A stretch of DNA of 64,000 bases, from the NCBI GenBank assembly GCA_035652895.1, contig DASRCX010000056.1:21267-85266 (forward strand), given 5' to 3'. Shown here piece by piece: positions 58,870 through 64,000 of the stretch (positions are counted from its first letter, which is position 1; each line of letters starts with the position of its first letter). This DNA is from Terriglobia bacterium. Its GTDB lineage: Bacteria; Acidobacteriota; Terriglobia; UBA7540. The notes below the pieces were generated by a model. It was not told the origin of the DNA. It made no database searches and worked only from the letters and a program-made list of their open reading frames with translations. Made by a program: the position numbers and the translations under genes.

Positions 58870-59030
58870 ATGGGACAAATGGGACAAAAAACGCGTTTTT
58901 GCAAAAACGAACCGGAGAAGTTATTGAAAACAAAAGATCTGGCCTGCAAAATGGGACAAAACGAACCGAAAAACGAAGCGGAGAAGTCGTTTAAATTCAA
59001 TGCATGCTGGAAAAACGAACCGGAACAAAC
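58870..59030 (+). repeat. A-rich, low-GC tract with short direct repeats
   Basis: AAAACGAA[C/G]CG occurs at 58904, 58958, 58970 and 59012. The 18-mers AAAACGAACCGGAGAAGT (58904-58921) and AAAACGAAGCGGAGAAGT (58970-58987) match at 17 of 18 positions. ATGGGACAAA occurs at 58870, 58879 and 58951. The composition is visibly AT-rich against GC-rich surroundings. Confidence 0.7.
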
Positions 59031-59195
59031 CCGGCAGCAAATCGTAAGATATGTAGCCTATAGACCCTCCATTTTTCCTTCACGCGAGCCGGCTTGCCTC
59101 CCGGCCGACCTTGCCGCTTCGTCGTTGGCCAGTCACGCAGCATATGCGCCGGGCATCCCGGCTGGTCCCGCTCAAAAAGCGGTGAGCACGTCAAA

Positions 59196-59224
59196 TTGAC
59201 GCGTGAAGGAGCGAAGAGTAGACT
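59196..59224 (+). promoter_or_regulatory. Candidate promoter of the M20 peptidase gene, overlapping a 13-nt palindrome
   Basis: TTGACG (59196-59201), a 17-nt spacer, then TAGACT (59219-59224). The -35 lies within the palindrome CGTCAAATTGACG (59189-59201). Confidence 0.4.
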
Positions 59225-59292
59225 TGGCTGTTAAACGCCAATCGCTGCGCATTCGCGCGCTCCGGCTGGCCAGCCCAACCAAGGAGCACACC

Positions 59293-60669
59293 GTGGAAGC
59301 AACCGCCATCGAATGCCTGCATGCCAACCAGGAGGCTTTCCTCGAAGGCCTGAAGAACCTGCTGAGAATCCCGAGCATCAGCACGCTGCCTGAGCACAAA
59401 CCCGACATCGGGCGCGCGGCCGAGTTCATCGCAAACGAACTGCGCGGAATGGGCATGCGGGAGGTTGAAATCATCCAGGGCGGGCAAGGCCGGAACCCTC
59501 TGGTTTACGCGGAATGGCTGGACGCGCCCGGCAAGCCGACGCTGCTGCTTTACGGCCACTATGACGTCCAGCCGCCTGATCCGCTGGAGGAATGGCTTTC
59601 GCCGCCTTTCGAGCCGACCGTTCGCGGTAAAGACATTTTTGCGCGCGGCGCTTCCGATGATAAGGGCCAGACCTACATCCTGATGAAGGCTGTCGAATGC
59701 CTCCTGCGAAGCGAGGGCAGGCTGCCCGTCAACGTGAAGTTCCTGATCGAAGGAGAAGAAGAGGTTGGCGGGGAGCACATTGAAGATTACGTCCCGAAAA
59801 ACAGAGAACGGCTGAAGTCGAGCGCAGCCGTAGTTTGCGACACCGAGATGTTTGCTCCCGGCCTGCCGACCATCACGACCGGACTGCGCGGACTGGTCTA
59901 TCTGGAACTCGAAGCGCGCGGGGCCAGCCACGATTTGCACTCGGGTGTTTACGGCGGCGCCGCGCCGAATCCTCTTCAGGCACTGGCCGAAATTATTGCA
60001 GGGATCAAAGGCGCCGACGGCAGAATCCGCATCCCGGGTTTTTATCAGAAGGTCCGCAAGCCGTCGAACGAAGAACTGAAAGCCTGGAAGCGGCTTCCCT
60101 TTAAGGAAAGCGAGTTTCTGAAGAAGGAAGTCGGCGCGACAGCTCTCGTCGGTGAACGGAACTTCTCCGTCCTGGAACGCCTCTGGGCACGGCCGACGTT
60201 CGAAGTCCATGGCATTCGCGGCGGCTTTGTCGGTGAAGGGGCAAAGACCGTGATTCCCGCCGTCGCAGTCGCCAAGATCAGCATGCGTCTGGTGCCGGAC
60301 ATGGATCCGAAAGAAGTCGTGCGGCAGTTTACCGCGGCTGTGAAAAAACTGACGCCGAAGGGAATCAGGACTTCGATTCGCGTGATCAATGCGGCGCCGG
60401 CTTCCGTCGTCTCCACTGACAGCCCCTTCATAGCTGCGGCGGCGGAAGCGATGGAAAGCGTCTTCAAGAAAAGGACGGTTTACATGCGTTCGGGCGGATC
60501 GATCCCCATCGTCGGCCTTTTCCTCAAACATCTGAAAATTCCGAGCATCATGATGGGCTTCGGCCTGCCGGACGACAATCTTCATGCCCCCAATGAAAAG
60601 TTCCATCTGCCTAATTTCTACAGTGGCATTGAGTCTGTCATCCGCTATTTCCAGTTGCTGGGAAACTAA
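59293..60669 (+). CDS. M20 family dipeptidase
   Basis: The ORF track opens at 59203. The GTG at 59293 lies 6 nt after AAGGAG. LLLYGHYDVQP and ARGASDDKGQ are M20 signatures, and there is a dimerisation lid domain. Confidence 0.88.
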   Translation: MEATAIECLHANQEAFLEGLKNLLRIPSISTLPEHKPDIGRAAEFIANELRGMGMREVEIIQGGQGRNPLVYAEWLDAPGKPTLLLYGHYDVQPPDPLEEWLSPPFEPTVRGKDIFARGASDDKGQTYILMKAVECLLRSEGRLPVNVKFLIEGEEEVGGEHIEDYVPKNRERLKSSAAVVCDTEMFAPGLPTITTGLRGLVYLELEARGASHDLHSGVYGGAAPNPLQALAEIIAGIKGADGRIRIPGFYQKVRKPSNEELKAWKRLPFKESEFLKKEVGATALVGERNFSVLERLWARPTFEVHGIRGGFVGEGAKTVIPAVAVAKISMRLVPDMDPKEVVRQFTAAVKKLTPKGIRTSIRVINAAPASVVSTDSPFIAAAAEAMESVFKKRTVYMRSGGSIPIVGLFLKHLKIPSIMMGFGLPDDNLHAPNEKFHLPNFYSGIESVIRYFQLLGN

Positions 60670-60786
60670 CCGTGCCGCTTTTGCCGGGAGCAATCGCGAT
60701 TTAAGAGGTGCTCCAGCGGTGGATCGAGTCGGCCGGGCGAAAAATCCGGATGCAAGCTTAACGTTAATCAGAAAAGGGGAAAACCC

Positions 60787-62895
60787 ATGAGCATGTTCCT
60801 GCGCCGTTGGTGGAAAGCAGCAGTTTCAGTCTTGCTGGTGGCAACAGGACTTGGATTTCTGCGGGTCGGTGTTTTTGCAGACGAGGGCATGTGGACGTTT
60901 GACAATCCGCCACTCAAGCAACTGAAGGAGCGTTATGGGTTCACGCCGACGCAGGCGTGGCTGGACCACGTCCGCCTCTCGAGCGTGCGTTTCAACGATG
61001 GCGGCTCCGGATCGTTTGTAAGCCCGCACGGGCTGGTGCTGACCAATCATCACGTGGCGCTGGTGCAGTTGCAGAAGCTCTCGACGCCGGAGCACAACTA
61101 CGCAGCCGGCGTGTTTTATGCACGCACGCAGGCTGCAGAGTTGAAGTGCCCTGATTTGGAACTGAATGTCCTGGTCTCGATGGAGAACGTGACCTCGCGC
61201 GTGCTGGCGGCCGTCAAACCCGGCATGAGCGATGAGGAAGCGCTGAGGGCCCGCCGCGCCGAAATCGCCAAAATCCAGAAAGAAAGCCTCGAGGCCACCG
61301 GGCTGCGATCTGACGTGGTGCAACTCTACCAGGGCAGCGAATACTGGCTTTACAGGTACAGGAAATATACCGACGTGCGCCTGGTTTTCGCTCCTTCGCA
61401 GCAGATCGCATTCTTCGGCGGCGACCCGGACAATTTCACTTATCCGCGCTACGATCTCGATTTCGCGCTGTTCCGCGTGTACGAAAACGGCAAGCCGGTG
61501 GACAGCAGGAATTACCTGAAATGGAATTCTCAAGGCCCGGTGCCTGGCAGCCTCGTCTTCGTCTCCGGAAATCCCGGCTCGACCGGACGCCAGGACACGG
61601 TGGCGCAGCTTCAACTGCTGCGTGACAAAATGTTCCCCACCATCATCAAGATGCTCCAACAAAGGCTGGCCACGCTTGAACGCTACTCCGCCGAAGGCCC
61701 GGAGCAGGCGCGTCAGGCCTCAAGCAGGATATTTTTTGTCAACAACTCGCTGAAAGCGTATAACGGCATGGAAAAGGGCCTGCAGAACCCCGAATTGATG
61801 GCTAAAAAAGAAGCGGAGGAAGAGGAATTCCGCAGCCGCATTGCGGCCAACCCCGAATGGCAAAAAGAGTACGGCAGCGCATGGAATGAAATTGCAACCG
61901 CCGAAAACAACCTGGCGGCCCGGCTGAATCCCTATTTGTACGGGCTTCGGGCGATAGCGGGCGCGCCTCTCGCTGATGAGGCGCTGACGATTGTCCAATA
62001 CGTCGAGCAAGTCAGGAAACCGGATGGCGAGCGACTGCCGGGATTTCATGACTCGCAACTTCCTTCGCTGCGCTTTCAGCTCTTTTCTCCGGCTCCGTTC
62101 TACCTGCCGATGGAGCAGGCGCTGCTGGCCAACGTACTTGAAAACGCGAATAAAGAACTGGGGCCTGATGATCCCTTCGTGCGCGCGGCGCTCGATGGGC
62201 GCACTCCGCAGGAGAGCGCGCGCGAGGCTTTTGCAGGAACGAAACTGGGTGACGCCGCTTTCCGCAAGTCGCTGATCGAAGGCGGCAAAGCGGCCGTCCA
62301 GGCGTCCACGGACCCGTTGATCGCCTTCGCACGCCGGATTAATCCTGTAATCCTCGACCTGATCAAATGGCACGAAGATAAGGTCGAGAGCATCGAAACG
62401 CGCGCTGGAGAGAAGATCGGTAAGGCGCGTTTCGCGGTTTACGGCAAGAGTGCCTATCCCGATGCGACATTCACTCCGCGACTGGCTTATGGCTCGGTTA
62501 AAGGTTATCCGATGAACGGGACCGAAGCCCCGCCCTTCACAACGTTCTACGGTCTTTATGATCGTGCCTACAGCTTCAGCCTCAAACCACCCTTCAACCT
62601 TCCTGAACTGTGGCTGAATTCGATCAGCAAGCTCGATTTGAAAACGCCGCTGGATTTTGTGACCACCTGCGACGTGGTTGGCGGTAATTCCGGATCGCCG
62701 GTGATCAATCGGGATGGCGACTTGGTGGGAGTGATTTTCGACGGCAACATCGAAAGCCTCGTGGGATACTTCGTTTACAACGAGGCAGACAACCGCTCTG
62801 TGGCCGTTTCCACGGCCGCCATTATTGAAGCGTTGCGCAAAGTCTATAACGCCGATGCGCTGGCGGATGAACTGGAGGGGATGTCTTCCCGGTAG
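60787..62895 (+). CDS. S46 family dipeptidyl-peptidase (DPP7/DPP11-like)
   Basis: 702 aa. Signal peptide, then ADEGMWTFDNPP, GSGSFVSPHGLVLTNHHVA (catalytic His) and GGNSGSPVINRDGDLVGVIFDGN (catalytic Ser). Confidence 0.9.
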   Translation: MSMFLRRWWKAAVSVLLVATGLGFLRVGVFADEGMWTFDNPPLKQLKERYGFTPTQAWLDHVRLSSVRFNDGGSGSFVSPHGLVLTNHHVALVQLQKLSTPEHNYAAGVFYARTQAAELKCPDLELNVLVSMENVTSRVLAAVKPGMSDEEALRARRAEIAKIQKESLEATGLRSDVVQLYQGSEYWLYRYRKYTDVRLVFAPSQQIAFFGGDPDNFTYPRYDLDFALFRVYENGKPVDSRNYLKWNSQGPVPGSLVFVSGNPGSTGRQDTVAQLQLLRDKMFPTIIKMLQQRLATLERYSAEGPEQARQASSRIFFVNNSLKAYNGMEKGLQNPELMAKKEAEEEEFRSRIAANPEWQKEYGSAWNEIATAENNLAARLNPYLYGLRAIAGAPLADEALTIVQYVEQVRKPDGERLPGFHDSQLPSLRFQLFSPAPFYLPMEQALLANVLENANKELGPDDPFVRAALDGRTPQESAREAFAGTKLGDAAFRKSLIEGGKAAVQASTDPLIAFARRINPVILDLIKWHEDKVESIETRAGEKIGKARFAVYGKSAYPDATFTPRLAYGSVKGYPMNGTEAPPFTTFYGLYDRAYSFSLKPPFNLPELWLNSISKLDLKTPLDFVTTCDVVGGNSGSPVINRDGDLVGVIFDGNIESLVGYFVYNEADNRSVAVSTAAIIEALRKVYNADALADELEGMSSR

Positions 62896-62985
62896 AACAT
62901 TCGGCAGCGCTGTCAGGTAAATACCCGGGATCCCCGAGCCCGGCGCACCCCTGTGAAGATGGATCGGCCCGGCGCCAGGGCCGCA

Positions 62986-64000
62986 TCACCGGAAAACAAC
63001 GTGGCGCGGCGGAGGCATCGGAACATTGCCCTTGCTTTCACGCCAGAGGATCCGGTTCAATTCTGCTGCATTTGCCTGATCGGCGTGGATGAAGTCCATG
63101 CGCTGCGACTCCTTCGCGCCGGGTGCCTTGGGCGAGTTCATCTGGTAAATCAGCCCGTTGTCACGGTTTTGATAGATCGCTGTGAACGGCGGTTGATTCC
63201 CGCGGCCAGAAAACAACGGGGCCATCACAGGTGCCTGGGAATCGTTGTTATTCATCGGGGGCAGGCCGAGCAATGCCTCCATCGTGCGGACGGTGCTGAC
63301 AGTAGTGTAGAAGTTATGGTCAACGAAAGGATGGGCCGAAGAACCGGGAGAGTATTTGCTGATCACCAGCATGGTGCTGCGGTGCGCATCGACGTGGTCG
63401 GGGCCGTCCTGGGCGTCGTCTTCAAGGATAAAGATGGCGGTATCGTCCCAATACGGGCTGTGCGAAACAGCATCCACCACGCGGCCCACCGCAAGGTCGT
63501 TGTCTGCAACGGAGGCCGAAGGCGTCGGCATTCCGGGGGATGTGCCGGCCGTATGGTCATCCGGCAATCGCAGGATGACAAATTGCGGGAGTTGCTCTCC
63601 CTTTCCGGTTTCGCGCGCTTTGACAAACCCATCGAATTCGTTCAGGAATTCATCGGCCCGCAATTGATCCGGATAATCGAGACGAAAATCAGCAAACTTG
63701 GGATCAAAGTGCCCCTGCAGTTCCGGTTTCGTCGCTTCGTCATAAGCAATCATGGGAACGGGCCACGGCCAGGGACTCGCCGATCCGCGCGGATCGCCAA
63801 CGTTGGGCGGCAGTGGCTGCCCTTTGCGCACAACTTTCTCCCGGCAGGCTCCTTGCGATGCGAGCGGAGTACCGCCTTTAGGCGAGGCGCCTGTCGTGCC
63901 GCGGTCGCACCAATGCGTGGCCACAAACTCGCCATAATTGCGATGGCTCAGGCCGTGGCTGGCAACGTCCGTCCAGATATAACCCGTACCCGGGTCATCA
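62986..64000 (-). CDS. Phosphoesterase family protein (phospholipase C / AcpA acid-phosphatase type), 5'-truncated by the window edge
   Basis: The frame stays open upstream of the listed GTG at 63924 to position 64000 (...GYIWTDVASHGLSHRNYGEFVATHW...). LRLPDDHTAG and ILEDDAQDGPDHVDAHRS are typical of the phosphoesterase (PLC/AcpA) family. Confidence 0.8.
   Translation of the reverse strand, partial: DDPGTGYIWTDVASHGLSHRNYGEFVATHWCDRGTTGASPKGGTPLASQGACREKVVRKGQPLPPNVGDPRGSASPWPWPVPMIAYDEATKPELQGHFDPKFADFRLDYPDQLRADEFLNEFDGFVKARETGKGEQLPQFVILRLPDDHTAGTSPGMPTPSASVADNDLAVGRVVDAVSHSPYWDDTAIFILEDDAQDGPDHVDAHRSTMLVISKYSPGSSAHPFVDHNFYTTVSTVRTMEALLGLPPMNNNDSQAPVMAPLFSGRGNQPPFTAIYQNRDNGLIYQMNSPKAPGAKESQRMDFIHADQANAAELNRILWRESKGNVPMPPPRHVVFR

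Noticed and set aside
58870-59030. A CRISPR array, suggested by 54-bp periodic repeats.
   Set aside because: The repeat units are only 11-18 nt, degenerate and few. There is no regular repeat-spacer architecture, and no cas genes occur anywhere in the window.
58770-59070. A tmRNA (ssrA) on the minus strand, suggested by a T-arm plus a possible 7-bp acceptor-like pairing, GGAGGGT (59070-59064) with GCCCTCC (58776-58770).
   Set aside because: There is no G3:U70 pair (it would be A:U). Two extra nucleotides separate the T-stem from the acceptor strand. There is no encoded CCA, no recognisable tag reading frame ending in Ala-Ala-stop, and the body is T-rich low-complexity rather than pseudoknotted GC-rich RNA.
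58870-59199. A 109-aa ORF (MGQMGQKTRFCKNEPEK...) as a repeat-containing small protein or RiPP precursor.
   Set aside because: There is no SD. The repeats are better explained at the DNA level. The second half changes abruptly to GC-rich sequence with out-of-frame-like composition, and no modifying enzymes are nearby. It is kept only as an alternative in the finding.
59191-60693. A 500-aa minus-strand ORF covering the whole M20 peptidase gene. Similar long antisense ORFs lie at 5609..6889 (over leuA), 41845..42990 (over serA), 51518..52804 (over trpF/trpB), 56395..57471 (over the CoA-transferase gene), 46089..46898 (over otsA) and 60826..61662 (over the S46 gene).
   Set aside because: They lie exactly opposite genes with unmistakable family motifs. 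Their products are Arg/Gly/Ala/Pro-rich with no recognisable motifs and no SD. Stop-free antisense frames are expected in GC-rich coding DNA.

Overview
GC-rich, densely packed bacterial chromosomal segment. The gene content suggests an Acidobacteriota-like soil bacterium; this is inference from a CarboxypepD_reg-type TonB-dependent receptor, TAT-exported sugar-phosphate isomerases, many secreted exopeptidases and a bactofilin. I support about 55 protein genes, 2 tRNAs and one frameshifted gene. Most of the window is housekeeping:
- leuA and leuB
- an rnc-lepB-asmA-lipoprotein operon
- tRNA-Gly and tRNA-Cys
- ggt
- a fucP/SDR sugar cluster
- serC-serA
- otsA-otsB
- eda-kdgK
- a translationally coupled aromatic operon (trpC-trpF-trpB-trpA, chorismate mutase, DAHP synthase, prephenate dehydrogenase)
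- CoA-transferase A/B
- pgsA
- peptidases (M49-like, S9, M20, S46)

I saw no CRISPR array, transposase, integrase, prophage genes or recognisable defence genes, so I cannot point to a clear multi-gene novel system. The items most worth a second look are:
1. A compact unit on the minus strand at 29801-30017, with a near-consensus promoter, an SD, a 14-codon Lys/Ala micro-ORF and a terminator.
2. An A-rich, low-GC, palindrome- and repeat-laden non-coding island at 58631-59195, with its own promoter-like signal and a tRNA-like T-arm fragment.
3. An archease / degenerate MBL-fold / cupin / cupin gene string at 23903-26320.
4. A trehalose-6-P synthase fused to a TM-sensor-TM-HAMP-like module.
5. 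A cation/H+ antiporter split by a homopolymer frameshift behind a structured leader.
6. A 162-bp element bounded by 26-nt inverted repeats next to the tRNA genes.
7. An 11-mer shared by the leuA and serC upstream regions.

All family assignments come from motif recognition by eye. No database search was run.
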